This document shows, one piece after another, positions 47,395 to 60,859 of a stretch of 64,000 bases of DNA. The DNA comes from Dicyema japonicum. Its lineage: Eukaryota; Animalia; Dicyemida. The notes beneath the pieces are model-generated. The model was not told the DNA's origin. It did not search any database and was given only the letters and a program-made list of their open reading frames with translations. Within the stretch, counting starts at the first letter, position 1, and each line of letters begins with the position of its first letter. Position numbers and translations under genes: made by a program. Location of the stretch: the NCBI GenBank assembly GCA_011109175.1, contig RDEW01000023.1:469225-533224 (forward strand), in the 5' to 3' direction.

Positions 47395-48045
47395 CAATGC
47401 ACTTTCCGAGGAGCCATATTAGCCATCGTTCCCCTTAAGCAGAACACACACTTTAATTAAGCAAAGAACAGTTATCATAACTAATCGTTGAGGGAGAATC
47501 AAGTAATGCTCTTCATTTCTTTTATTTTTGTTTAGTGTATAATAATAACAGCCTTTTCACGAGAGCCATAATATTTATATCTCCGCATAGGGAGGACACA
47601 CACTTTATTTAAGTAAAGAACAGTTAATTTTAACTAATCGTAGAACCAAGGAATGATCTTCACTTCTTTTTTCTTTTTCTCATGTGTGGGTCCTTTCTAG
47701 ACAATCCAGTTCTGCAGTGAGTATCCACTGATGACGGCGTCACTCGTCAAGCCCTTTTAGCATCGTAGATGCATGGATCCTTCCACAAGATGAACAGAAG
47801 CGAGAATCAAACCCGTAACCTAAGTTCACTTTTAGCCCGACACCTAACCACTATGCCACCCGGATTTTTGAGTGTATGTCCTATATAGACGATCAGGTTC
47901 CGCAGTGAAATGTTCACTGATGACGGCGTCACTCGTCAAACCAAAGCATAGAGATGCGTGGAACCTTCAACCGAAATTTACAGTATCGTGATTCGAACTA
48001 GGGACCTCAGGCCTCTTGCTCGGCAATCGTTACAATGAGCCACCC
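47395..48045 (-). mobile_element. Cluster of tRNA-derived SINE copies (related tail fragment 47395-47520, full copy 47548-47863, copy with a different head 47890-48045)
   Basis: Shared core CTGATGACGGCGTCACTCGTCAA. A-box/B-box-like heads at the right-hand ends. Confidence 0.8.
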
Positions 48046-48970
48046 TAACTTTAATACTTAATATTACAAATTAGAAATTAATTTTTTAATCTATTTCAAT
48101 AAATTAATAATAATAATCTAATTTTAGAGCGTCCCTTCTAAACGTTCAACCGACTCACTTTCATGTGAAGATTCCACATTTCTTATCAACTATTATGTAT
48201 CTAGTAAGTTCCAATCCATCATAAAACGAAAATTGTCTTAGATTGGCACCAGGATCCTGTCTGAATAATTTTTAATGACTATAAGATGCCTTATTACAAC
48301 TATGCTGCCAGTTTTTAAGGGATATTCTTTTTTCTATTGGAATGGAACACAAATTGAAATAACTTTCGAAATTTTCGCTCTTGTATTCCAGAAAAAGATT
48401 CAAAAAAGATTCAAATTTGTTCAGCCTACAGTCACATATTAGTTTAAGAAAATTGCATTTAAAAATGAATATGGTATTTGAACTCATTTATGGCAATTAA
48501 TACTAATTGTCATTTTTTGAAAGGTAGGTTTCCATACTTTTACCAAATTATTTTGGGCTGATCTACTTTTCTGGCCTGAATATATTTATTTAAAGGCAGT
48601 AAATCGAAAGAATATATTTTCCAAATGCTTAAAATGATGAAATTTGGAAATATTAAAATTTTCAAATAAAAGTTCCACTATGGTCTATGCAAATCTTCGA
48701 TGCTTTACTGCCAGTTCTGCCTCGATTGAACTGACTATTTCACTATTATCCAAAATTTTCATAAAGGATCGAACTTTTAAAGCCAGAAATATGGATTACT
48801 TTTTGATTTGTTCTATAAAATTGATTTTAAATGCTACTTTTTTCCATTTTTAATTGCTATTTTCAGGTTTCCCTAGTGATGATTTAATTTCTTAGTAGAT
48901 TCCCTATTATTTGTTAATCGCAAACGCTATTCAAAATAAAAATTATATTGTAAAAAAATGAAAATAAAAA

Positions 48971-50864
48971 TTATTCTTTCTCATTTGCAGTATAAAAAGT
49001 ATCACTTCCACTTGCAGTGTAAAATACATCACTTTCATTTGCAGTTTGAGTAGTATCACTCCCACTTACATTCTCATTAGCAGTTTTAAAGGAATTTAGG
49101 TCGATTGAAAACGAAATAGTGAAATCTTTTGATGATGAAGATGAACTTGAATTCATTGCCACACACTCACAAACAGGCGGTTTATATGTGTAACAAGATT
49201 TGTAAAAATATAACTGTTCACCAATTTTCGACTTTGCAGTGAAGAATTCTTCAGAATTATTCAACATTTTTTCTTTATCTGAAACATTGGTTTCGACAGT
49301 TTTCTCGTTTAAATTATCTGAATTTGAGGGCGTCGGCATTTCATCTTCTTTAACGGGATGTATGATGGTTTTCAAAAACGCCAAAAATCGTAATCGGTAA
49401 AACGATGGACGTGTCACGGAAACATTATTCTAATATTAATGATAGAAATACTTGATTTTTGAAGAGCTCTTTAAATTTGTTCTCAATTCTCTTTCTCCTG
49501 CTATACCACTGCAGTATATCGACAATTCCTAATCTAATAAGAATTCTCTCATTATTCGCAGTCCAACCAGGAAGGTAGGAAACACCGTGTTCATTAGTAT
49601 TTTCGATTAATTTTTCCACTTTCTCTTTCTAAAAATTACAAAGCAAAAGCTAACGTCAGCAGCTTCTGTGGAGCAATAACGTATGCCCATTAAAAGGCTG
49701 TAATCCATGATTTTGAATTGTTCAAGGACCTAAATGTAATCAAATAATTTACATCAGTGTCTTTGCCTAAAATGTAAAATAAGCGGATCCAGTCCTTTTT
49801 CAGTAGGAATATTCCTTTTGGATGATTTCTGAGAAAATCTCCATCGCGTAAAGTTGGAAGTTGATTTTTCAATTCTCTTTTTCTCGCAAAGTTCTTGATT
49901 CCCTTCAAATCGTACTTCTCTTGGATATTGCTTTGGAAGGGGAAAATGTTGTTCATGACAGTATAAGTCGTCTGAATATTATTTTTCTGAATTTTAAGTA
50001 CATCAAGTACCTTCAGAGTATATATTCCGTAAAATTTTGGCAGCAACGAATCCTCAGACTCGATGACATTAAGCATGTAAACTGGAAGGAATTTTTTAAA
50101 TGTTTTCAATTCTTTCTTCATCACAGATTTTATAACAAAGTATTCGTTTTCCGATAGGAAAAACGAGCAACCACTTTTTGCGGGATTTTTAAATTTGTTC
50201 CAAGGAAGAGAGATTGAGCACTAAAACTTAAATAAAAGAATACCTTGTAAAATCCAAAGAAAGGCTCAAACTTATGTTGAAGAATGTTGAATATCAACGG
50301 AGCGATAACTGAAATCGAGCAACAAAACTTTTCGTCCAAGAAAACGTTTTCAGGAGCGGTTCTATAAAAATTATAAATTTATTTCGTTACGATGGAAACT
50401 TAAAAACGGCCTTATCAGTGAAATTCTTCAAAGTGAAAGTGAAGGGTCTGCCATATTGCTCTTTTTCAGCTTCTGCGATGGAGTAATATATGGTGGCCGC
50501 AATGTATATCTTGAACTTATTAACGACATTCTAAAATTTATAGTTTTATTACATGTGGGCCAATGAAATTCTTATTCAATATACTTTTCGCATTCCTAGC
50601 ACAAAAATAGTTCATAATCCACAGATATGTTTCATCATAAATATTATTGCGAAAATTATTGAATGTTTTGTTAATTATTTGTTGTAGTTGAAGAAAACAA
50701 GTTTCAGATATTCTTTTCTGAAAAATAAGATATTGGTCTTTGATATTGAATTTTAACTTTCTCAATATCCATTTCTTTGCGTTTTTTAAAAATTTCTTGA
50801 ATTTTTTGCTCAAATAGTATTTTAAGTCTTCATAGAGTGATAAAAATAACAAATTTCCCAGCAT
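48971..50864 (-). CDS. Phosphatidylinositol-phosphate 5-kinase (PIP5K-like), mini-introns; 5' extent uncertain
   Basis: Spliced reading gives NPAKSGCSFFLSENEYFVIKSV, LLPKFYG, VMNNIF, YDLKG, PTLRDGDF, KIMDYSLLMG, LGIVDILQWY and RPSFYRLRF. Confidence 0.8.
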
Positions 50865-50995
50865 CCCCCGATTATGTGATTCAAGCAGAAAACTATTATA
50901 CGATGAGCATGATCGTTGAATAAATCAGAATGAAAAGAAAGGATTCATAATTTTGTTCTTGTATTTCCTTGGAATGATATTTTTTAAGGTAGCAC

Positions 50996-52530
50996 TCAAT
51001 CGATCGTTATTTTGCGATAAATTTGAATCAGAATCATAAAAAACGTTCTGTTAGGTTCAGAGGTGGGAGTTATGTCCTCTGTATGGGTCTCAGTGTTCAA
51101 TTCGTAATATCCTTCCGCGTTGGCGCAATGTCTTATATTAAAACTATTTTGGATGGACTCATCGTTCTCATCAATTTCGTTAATTTTTTTGATAAGAGGG
51201 AAAGCAGATGATGTGCGCTGCAAACTATCCAAAGTCTCACTAGCTTGGAGATATTTCAAGTCCTTGAAATTGCCGGTTGTTGTAGGTTGATTTTCTGAAT
51301 TTTCTTGGACAGTGGTTATGTAAAAATATTTGATTTGATTACAATTTGGTTTTACGGAGATTAGTCTTTCAATGTCCACTTGCTGAGAGTTTGTTAAACA
51401 ATTTAGAATGAGAGGAAGTTTAGAAAAATTTTCTTCGAGGTAATTTAAAGAACGAACAAGAATCCCAGTAGTCTTAGGGATGTTGACAATGTCCCTGGTG
51501 GGAATTGGAATAGATTTTCTTGCATAATTGAGGACCTTATAGGTTAAACTTTGGCCATTTATTTTGTCCATTGGTAATTTTGCCGTGTCCACGAAAAAAT
51601 CAAGTTGATTAATAATTTGAACTCTGTTTTGATTGACGGGAACATGTGACTTATAAGTTTGTTCAACATGATTTCTTCGTATGTCCAGACAGTTTATAAT
51701 ATAAGCAGAATCAGGCATATCTTCGACCTGGTAAGATTCATTTGAGCGTTTCATGATGTTGAATATAAAGACACTGAGAAAACCAATTTCCTCTTTGGGG
51801 ATATGATTTCGAATACAACTTTGGTTAACAACCCGCCTTTCCATTCCTGCATAGCTCTTCCATTCGCTGTTGAGGGAAGTTAACAAAACATCTACAATTT
51901 CTTGATTAAAATTACCAGAAAAGAGGTCGATAAACTTACGATGCTGGAAACGAGTTTTTCCAGGGTATTTCAACGAAAAATTATCAGATACTAGATAAAT
52001 ACTATTTTATACATTTTTTTCGTGGGGGTACCTTCATTTCAGTCTTGTCTTGCTCATTTAGCTGAATTTGCGTTTCCAGTCCTAAACTATTTTAAACAAA
52101 ATACCAATTTTAAACGAAAATTCTGTCTTTTCGGAGGCCAAAATCTTCTTGATCTTGTTTTTAGACCGAAAACGCTTGTTTTTAGTGAGATTGTCGATAA
52201 TATGACCAACAACAAGTTTTAATACATTCTTGTCATATAAAACAGAGTCAGTCGAACTTTCAGTCTCCATTAACCTTAGTTTAAGCTTTTTTCGTCCAAT
52301 AAAGAAAAATAACTTCATTCCGCAGATATTTTGTAATTTTACAACGTTCATAAGTCTCAACTAAAAAACTGATTAATAGTTTTACCTTGAAATAGTCAAC
52401 ACAAAAAATTTGAAGTTTAGAAGTGAAGGTGGACTTCAAATCCTCAAGCATAAGAATTCCATATGATTTTGTGTTGACATAATTATGTGTGAAACACACA
52501 AAAATCAACAAGCCTTTGTTGTTTTTCAAA
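50996..52530 (-). CDS. Unassigned coding exons (325-aa ORF plus upstream ORFs); possibly the N-terminus of the PIP5K gene or a separate gene
   Basis: Long ORF in AT-rich DNA with no TE motifs. Same strand as, and directly upstream of, the PIP5K exons. Confidence 0.45.
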
Positions 52531-53714
52531 ATCTGGTGGATCTAAAATAGAAAAAAGCAAAAGAAACCTGATATTCATTTCCAAGGAATTTAATGGTCAT
52601 CTAATAAACGTAAAATACGGACTTTTTATTCTTATACAAAAAATCGGAAGTAAAAAAATTTCTAAAATAAGATCGCTTGAGGAGATGTTAAAATTGAGGA
52701 ATGACTTTGAAACTGAATATAAAATCTAACTTAAGTTTTTTTGCTTTTTATGTTTATTCACATTATTTTCGACAGTCCACATGACGCATATGATCAAAAT
52801 CAAAATTTTCTAGAGACCACGTGATATATAAAGCCGGTAATAGTGATATGAAGGTAATTGTGTAGATTACTAAATTTCAATTTTGAAGAAGAGGTCTCGA
52901 TGACTTGGAAGTGCTCATTCAACTTTCTAGTCAATTCCTTTGAGCATTGCTGGTTACTCGAACTTCCAACGAAAGTAGTGTCAGACGCTCCTATTCAAGA
53001 AATTCATCTGGGCGACGCTGTACTATAATTTACAAATTGGCTCCATGCATTTCACTTTCTCTTATAAAAGATAAAACAGGTGCAAAATTCATCATTGAGA
53101 GTTATAAAAAAGGTATTTAAAATCACTCTCGTTGGCCACTTACACGAAGGTCCTGTCTTCCGGTGACAACCTTGAAGAAGCTTCACTGATCACAAAAGAA
53201 CACTCAGGAAAATCCCACATGCAAAAAACCAGGTCTGGACCAAAAGAATACAAACTTCTTGTCTAAACTTGCATACGAACCCCAGAAGAGAACAAGATAC
53301 TGCAGAGGAAACCTCATAGCGCTTCAGAACTGTTTCTTCCGATGATCGTCAGAGAGGAAGTATCTCGCTTGCGTTGCGGTCGTCATCCGCCTCTGGCTGA
53401 GAGAGTAGTTCAGGATTTCTTTGCTCACCCTGGACCACCAGGGCTCGACGTGAATATAATTGATCTCTGTAAGCTTCCTGTCTAGCAGCACATTTTTGAC
53501 GACCGCCGATTCCTAAAAGTTAGAGAAACTGGGGACAAAATTTAATAAGGAGCGCATTCCCTCTTACAATTTATATAAAAATTCACTCAATCAGTCAGTT
53601 TTTCTCGTCTCTCCTTTTTTGCTTTCGACATAGGGAAGAAAGCGATTTGATCTTAAAATGCGTATGAAAAGGAACTCTCGTTCTAAAAGTCGCTATTTTT
53701 GGTTGAATTATCAT

Positions 53715-54095
53715 TAAGTGTCTTGGCGATACACAATATTGAGTCTTGGATCACGCACTGCTATCACTTGCAGAGTATCATCCCCTTGTATCCCCTGCGC
53801 ATCACATATCCTCAGTTGTCCTACATCTTCTAATCATACACGGTTGATACATATTCCGAACAAGGAAGTGGAAGTTCTCCATCTCAAGAGAATTGTTCAC
53901 TCGAAGTTAAATCGAAAGTGGTACCCGCCTAACAATCAGGGCACTTTCCTCAAGTGGACGGCGAAAATCGACTCCAGACGCCTACAACATTTTGCTGAAC
54001 AAACATCCTCTGCCACCCTAAAACCTACGATCGATCTTTCAAGAGGTGTTGTCGAAGAGAAAGTTACAAATGTCCTCGTCCGCGTTTGGAAATGA
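53715..54095 (+). mobile_element. Internally deleted 5' fragment of the CRE-like family
   Basis: Matches 36700-36850 (KIDSRRLQHF, QTSSAT) with a PHD-like start. Confidence 0.6.
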
Positions 54096-54779
54096 GTCAA
54101 TATAAGAGATTTATCTTGGGGGTTTGAGGATATAAGAAATTCTCTGAATGGACAAGCTGATTCAATCATTTTATATATTCAATCATTTTGTTAATTCAAA
54201 AATTGTGTTCCCAAAGGCTGATTCGTTGCCCAGAATTATACTTTCCAAGGTCTGAGTGATAATTGTTGAATAAAATCATATGTCCCCTCGCTTATATTCA
54301 ATGAGACTGTATATTCTGAAAAGATGACAGGGAATCATCCCAAGTGAAGACTATTGGGACAACCTTTATCTTTGCATGGTGTTATTCCCATTTCAACAAG
54401 AAATAAGACTTATATTTATCAGACACCAAAGACCAAGAGTAACCAAGCTAACTAACACCTTGATCCTGACTCGTTCCAGCATTCCAGAACTTTTTCTCCA
54501 GGTAACGACATTGTCCCCCTTGGAAGAATAGTTGGATCCTCTTGAAAGCCAGCCAGGCATTGGGCGTCTCCTCAGTAAGATGGATCCAATGACGTTATCG
54601 GAAGGAAGGAAAATAATTTATAACCAACTATCCACATAGCACCACATGGCGCCATGCGGCCAAATTATTATTATTAACCCAAAAACACCAATAGTTAATC
54701 TCTTAAAATTAAATAGGTGATCCCAACGATCCTGATGAGCTTTCTCAGCTTCTCCCGATGTTGGAATTAGCGTATTAAT

Positions 54780-54890
54780 TAAATTATTAACCCCGGATAC
54801 ACCGAAAAAGAAGTTAAAGTAAACAACTAATTAAGTGTACCCAGTTTCCACTTCTAAATTAGCCACGCAGCACCACACGGAGCGACGCGC
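54780..54890 (-). mobile_element. Internally deleted SINE-X copy (head joined to tail)
   Basis: Minus strand GTGTGGTGCTGCGTGGCTAATT joined to AGAAGTGGAAACTGG...GGGGTTAATAA. Confidence 0.7.
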
Positions 54891-54939
54891 GGCAAATTAA
54901 TTATTTATTTTTGTGTTGGCTATTTTATTTATTCATTAA

Positions 54940-57250
54940 CAATTCAAGACCACGGTAAAACCAAACTAATTATTACGTGATCCCGATGCATTCTAACAGC
55001 GACCTCATATTTGCCCGGTGTTCTTCCTTCGTGCCCGCGCATGAACGTACAGGACGGCTGCCTGATTTTTAGGGCCACCTTCCCGTGATCTGGAGTTTAG
55101 TCTCATAAGGGCCTCCAGAAGCGTAGGTCCGGTTCTGTGATCTTCACAAATTCAACGCTCCGTTACTCTGTAAGCTCTTTTTTTATTTCCTCAATTTTCC
55201 TCATATTTGTCCAAGATATGGACGGTCTCACGAGGCGCATGCATATGAGAAACATGGCTCGATGTACTGTTTGTACACTTTCATCAAGACCGGGTGAGTA
55301 CTACTCTTCCATATTCCCGATAAACTTTTCAATAAGTTCAGTTTTTTCTCGCATTTTAATATAATATATATAAGAAAGAAAATAGAGTAACGATTATATA
55401 GAAGCTGCCCTGACTGCGTGGCTATTCGCTCTCAAGATAGCGAGCGAGATTCGCTCAAATAACCAGCAGCACTCACGAGAGTCTCCATTTCATGTAGCGA
55501 TCCGATTCACTAGACGACTCAAGAATTCCAGCGTCGCAGGGGCAAAGGAACCAGACGTCTCAACGGCGAGTGGAACAAACAAAAATCCTTGGACAGGAGC
55601 GCGTACATTTCCCGTTTCATCTTCTCGGCCTTCTCAGCGGCAGAACAGGCTCTAGAGGCACTCTGGAGTAGGTTGTAAGAGGCAAATGTGTCGGTGCAGG
55701 TAACGTATCAGACAAGATGTTTCCTGGCTTCAAAAGGGAAGATTGTCATCCCATCTGGTCGTTTCCCCGTCCCGCCTGCAAAAGCTGACAGGTTCGAGCA
55801 TGGAGGGGTGTCCGGCGGCGTCCAATGCTCGTTTAACGACTTTTTTCAAGGCCATGTTTCTGGAAAATCTGACTGCACTCTTCTGCAGGAGAGAGGGTGT
55901 ATGCCAAAACAGTCGGATCTTGTCTCCGCATCGGCAAGGATGTGGAACACAGACTTTTAATCCCAGTCGCAATGAGATCCAATACGGACGCATTCATCAT
56001 CCAGGAAAGTACCTAGAACTCCATTGGGAACGGCGTTGAGCCAGGCATCGCTCTCGGAAGACGCCCCCGACAACAAACAGGCACAGCGATGTTGGCTAGA
56101 TGACACTAGCAGATCTTTGAAAGAATTCCAGCATATAGCATCGTCCAAGCTCCGCTGAGAGAACGAGGAAGGCAGGGAAAGCTGATAAGTTCGGCTCCAG
56201 GCCTCACGAGCATGGTCGACGTCTTTTTCAATAGAATATTTTCTACGTGTGGTGTCAAACAAAGATGCATATCAATTGTCACACCCAAGATCCTTTGACA
56301 TCTGTGAAAGGGATGACGACCTTGTTTAACTTCAGGTAATTGTCGTCCTTCCCAATCTTTTTCAGAGATAAAAGTGACGTAGACGACTTCTCTGTATGCA
56401 CCATGAGCAGGTTTTCCATTATCCAGGCATTAAGCCTGTCCAGGTTAATTTTTATTCATTCTGTGGCCTTTGGATGTCCTGATCTCGCAAAGCCAACACA
56501 ATATCATCCGCATAGGAAGCAGAACATCATTATCAGATTCAAGAGTCGGAGATTGCCAGAAAGAGTTTAAACAGAGTAGGGGATAAAGGAGATCTTCGAG
56601 GGACTCCGTTGGGGGAGCGTAAGATTGATTTCAGACCTCCGAGGCAATCACGCCCCTTAGTCCACTTAGGAAGTTACTATCCAAAGCTTGAGCTTCCCTG
56701 GGATCTCCTATTGAAATATTTTTCTCGATAAAATCTTCCTCGAGACTGAGTCAAAAGCTTTATGTATGTCAATCGAGCAGAGCACTATTTTAAAATGTCT
56801 CGGCTTGGTTGTAAATCCGACTCGAATGAAGTCGCTCAATGTTTGTAGGTATATAGACGTGGATCTCTCATTTTTGAATCCATGTTGAAAAGGTCTCTTT
56901 GGTAAAAATTCTTTTGTTCTACCGAGCACAAGTCTCTCCAGATTTTTGGCATAAAACATAGTAGTAACACCGGTCTAAAAGACGCTGGGTCATATCTCGG
57001 TCTTCCTGGTTTCAGTATTGGCCGTATTATTGCCTGTTTCCATAATAATGGTATCACATTCTGGTTAATCGAATAGTTGAAAATCGATGTTAGAAAAGTG
57101 ACTCCCACGTCTCCAAGATTTTTTAATAAAATAACAGGAATGTTGTCTGGTCCGTGAGAGTATGTCGTTTTTGCGGCATGTATTGTATCCCACACCTCTC
57201 AAAAGAAGAGTGGTTCTGATAGCTGGTAGGAGTTCCTCCTCACGTTGGAC
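54940..57250 (-). mobile_element. Third Vingi-like LINE copy (RT and 3' end), interrupted by a CRE-like element
   Basis: Collinear with 27900-29260 (HGPDNIPVILLKNLGDVGV, SIDIHKAFD, GGGATCAC tail). Confidence 0.8.
55395..56262 (-). mobile_element. CRE-like element 3' part (zinc finger + REL)
   Basis: AWLNAVP, PHPCRCG, RRDGETT and TCTDTFA..NLLQS motifs. Confidence 0.75.
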
Positions 57251-57649
57251 CTCTCTTTTGATTTTCATTACAATTGGATTATGGTAATAAAACAAAAATA
57301 ATGAAAGAAAATCAATTGCAATTAATAAACACTAATGTGCAAGCTGAATTCTTCTCTTTGGGCACTAGCTCTTTGTATCACCCTCATTGTTCCCCTCATA
57401 TACCACTTGAAAAAGCGAATCACTAGACAAGACAGCTGTTTCTCCTGCTTCCTCTTCTACGTCACCTCTGATTTCAGAGCCAATTGAGATAAGATGATTA
57501 GTCATTCTTGTTACCTCATCATTTGGGCAACCAATTGCAATAAATCGCAATTAAATATAATTTAAGTTAGATAAATTGATTTAAAGAAAATTAACGAGTA
57601 AATTAACTAATTAAACGAATTTTAATCCAGATTGCTTGTAATTCCTCTT

Positions 57650-57851
57650 ATTAGCTCAGCCTCAGTTGAAAAGGCGGTATCTCTTTTGACGAAAATTCTT
57701 ACTAAAAATCGAAATTTTAAACCTGAAAATGTTCAGGAATATTTAATTTTGTATTACAATAAATGATTACGCTTATTTTTCTATAATGCGATTTTTTACA
57801 ATTATTTTTTTTTGCAATTTTAAAATAAAAATTGCATTTTTTCTGGTTGCC
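57650..57851 (+). mobile_element. hAT-like element 3' end
   Basis: Collinear with 42720-42926, including the TTTTCTGGTTGCC terminus. Confidence 0.7.
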
Positions 57852-58199
57852 TTACTCATCATCATAGTTATCAACTTTCAGCCCATGTCTATGCTCGATT
57901 ATCATTCTCCCTAAAGTTTTTTAATCGTCATTGATTGGATGTACGCCCTTGTAGAGACATCCACGTTGAATCTTTCCATATAGGACTTGTAGTACTTTGC
58001 TACTACTCCATCCTATGTCAAAACAATCGGAATTATTGTCACTTGGCATTGTGAATTTGTGCTAGTTCTCCTGCCAGAAAATGGTATTTGTGGAGTTTTT
58101 CCACTTCGACATGTTTTAGCAAATCTTGGGAAGTGATCCCTGATTCTACTATTATTATTTCGTTCTTGGATTTATCGTGTACGAAAATATTTATTTATT

Positions 58200-58940
58200 T
58201 ATTTATTTAACCCCAAAACCACTAGGAAAGATAGGTCAAACTAATTAAATAAGTGATCCCAGCCTCCAACAACATCCGAACTTTCTTCATTTAATCTTCT
58301 GATGATCCAACCGCACTCCGGAAGCGTCTTCTCTTCCTTCTGCAAATGAATTCAATCGGCGTGCACTTTTTTTATTACCGACCGAAATTCTTCTGCATGG
58401 GCCACTTTTTCCTTGAGTGGGTTCTTGCAGAAACGTAAGAAACCCTGGTCCTTTTTCAACGTCGCCTCATCAGAAACGAGGTCGCCAATGGAGATGTCCG
58501 TGTGGTGCATAATTCTCCGCCTGAGGGAGTTCAAACGGTCCACTCTCGAAGAGGGAATCGCAAACCTCCAGGCGGAGCAGGCATATTCAATGGTAGGTAC
58601 GATTACTTGTTGATAGACCTTGCTGACGCAAGCAGCCGGGGGGAAAGGGCTCTTCTTTATCATCGCATTCAGAATGTTCCATTTCCGAAGACCCTTGGCA
58701 AGCACCTCCTCCACGTGACTCGAGAACGTCAACAAAGAGTCGCAAACTACACAAAGGATCTTCTGGGTCCGCGTGGAAGGGATGAGTATGTTTCCAATGA
58801 ATATCTCAAGCCCACCTTTAACCATTTGTCCGTAGTGAATATTGTGAATTGAGATTTGGATGCTGATACACATAACATATTTGCAGATAGGCAGTCACAA
58901 ATTCTGTTTAGGTGTGTCTGAACAGTTACTACAGCCATGG
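58200..58940 (-). mobile_element. LINE 3' fragment (family of 15975-16920)
   Basis: ILCVVCDSLLTFSSHV and PFPPAACVSKVYQQVIVPTIEYACSAW, plus tail GGCTGGGATCAC...GGGGTTAAATAAATAAAT. Confidence 0.8.
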
Positions 58941-59015
58941 AAGGAGATTTATCTCTTGCAGCGAAATTATCAATTTTGTTATTTTTAATTTGTATATCCT
59001 TTTGTAGTGTAATAT

Positions 59016-59214
59016 ATATATAATTATTAAATAAAATAAAATAGCGGTCGCTTTGGTGGATACGTATGAATTTCTTAGTGGCGAGAATAAATAAAAAGTT
59101 CACAAGCAAAATCATTATATATAATTATTAAATAAAATAAAATAGCGGTCTTTTTGGTGGCTACATATGAATTTCTTAGTGGCAAGAATAAATAAAAAGT
59201 TCACAAGCAAAATC
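59016..59214. repeat. Tandem duplication of a ~100-nt unit
   Basis: Two nearly identical units, each ending CACAAGCAAAATC. Confidence 0.9.
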
Positions 59215-60498
59215 TTAACAGAGGCTGATATAAAAGATTCAGTTAAAATTTGGGTTTATAAATAGCACAATTCATTGTTTGAAGTGATGAAGCAACTTAT
59301 ATGCCTTTACCATTCTCAGTCTGACATATTCCCGGCTCACGTTAGTCTTCCCTTCTACCTTTTCAGATATCTGTAAAATCATCTCTTATTTTAGTCAGAA
59401 AAATAAAATTATAACAGTTTCCTTAAATGAATTCTTGAAAAAGGGTAGTTGATTTGCTGATCGTCAGATCCAACTTTAACAAAAAATATCCTTGATATTC
59501 TTGATAAAAACTGCGACAAAGCGATTTAATATAGACAGAAGGTTTATAATATCACTAGAATAATTGTAGGTTTCCTTTTCAAATCGTAGATTTACAGAAA
59601 TAGCCAGATTTCAAAGCTAAAAGTTCTGAAACTGCAGAAAGAAGCCATCTTAAATAAATATGAGGAGGAAAACTTAGATTACGACAAACAAATCGAAGAA
59701 GTTTTTTGTGGTTTTTTGACAGATAGCTAACAAAAAACATGGAAAAATTAAAACTGGAGGAAAAGGCAGGGATCTTTGAGGAGAAAAGATGCCGTGAACC
59801 GGAATCCATGCTTAAAAGATTGGAGTAAAAGAAGGTTTAATTGTGATTTATTATTATCAGAGAGAGCTCGAAAATGAACTTGAAGAGTGGCAAAATAACA
59901 TCAAAGAGGTGGAATTACTAAATAAAAACCAAATGAATAGGAATAGGAAGGTAAAACTGAAATTAATGAAGAACAAAGTGGATAATTTGAATAAGAAAAA
60001 GTGAATATTGGTGACATTGTAGACCTTTGAGCGAGACGGAGTATTTGAATCACAATGCGAAAATTCTGAAGAATATTGTCAGGGCTTTTAAAAATCTGAA
60101 TTCGTATACTACCTGTATAGAGGACATTTCGTTTTTTTGTGTTTTTATTGCAGTGCTTTGAAGGTGGAAATGATGGAGATGAAAGAAAATGAAAATGATG
60201 GGGAGTTTTCGGAATTTCACAGAGTCGTTGATAATATGATTTGATTGGTTTTTTTCTAATACTTTTGTTCTAAATTTCTCTCGATAATAGGAGAATATAT
60301 ATTTTCAACAACCCTGGATATTCCTGAAACAGTTTCTGGTCTGAGTGGAAGCATCTTTTCTAAGTATCATACCGATATCCGCCATTATAGTTAGGAAGAG
60401 AGGATTTTTTCTCTTGAATTTTGTAGACCCCATAACGCCTCTAAGAAATTACTGAACAGCCCAATTTGGAATAAAAAATCAAATAAATTAAAGACTTT

Positions 60499-60686
60499 CT
60501 CTGCTGAGGGAGGCTGGAATCACCTGAATTTTTCCATTTTGGCTATTACAATGTTGTTCTGGTTCAATAAATTTAAATGAATCCATAGATCACTCTGCTG
60601 AGGGAGGCTGGAATCACCTGAATTTTTCCATTTTGGCTATTACAATGTTGTTCTGGTTCAATAAATTTAAATGAATCCATAGATCA
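60499..60686. repeat. Perfect tandem duplication of a 94-nt unit
   Basis: CTCTGCTGAGGG...ATAGATCA occurs twice. Confidence 0.9.
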
Positions 60687-60859
60687 CAAAACATAAAATA
60701 TTTTCATGATTTTTCATGAAAAATTCCATTAAATTTGCGACTATTCCATTTAGATTGCAACTGCTATCGCTTAGTGTGGAAAAGGGAAAAAAATATATTA
60801 ACAGAAAGTAAAGTTGTTATGACAGGTCTCCATCATGGCCTGCAGGCATTGAGCACGCA

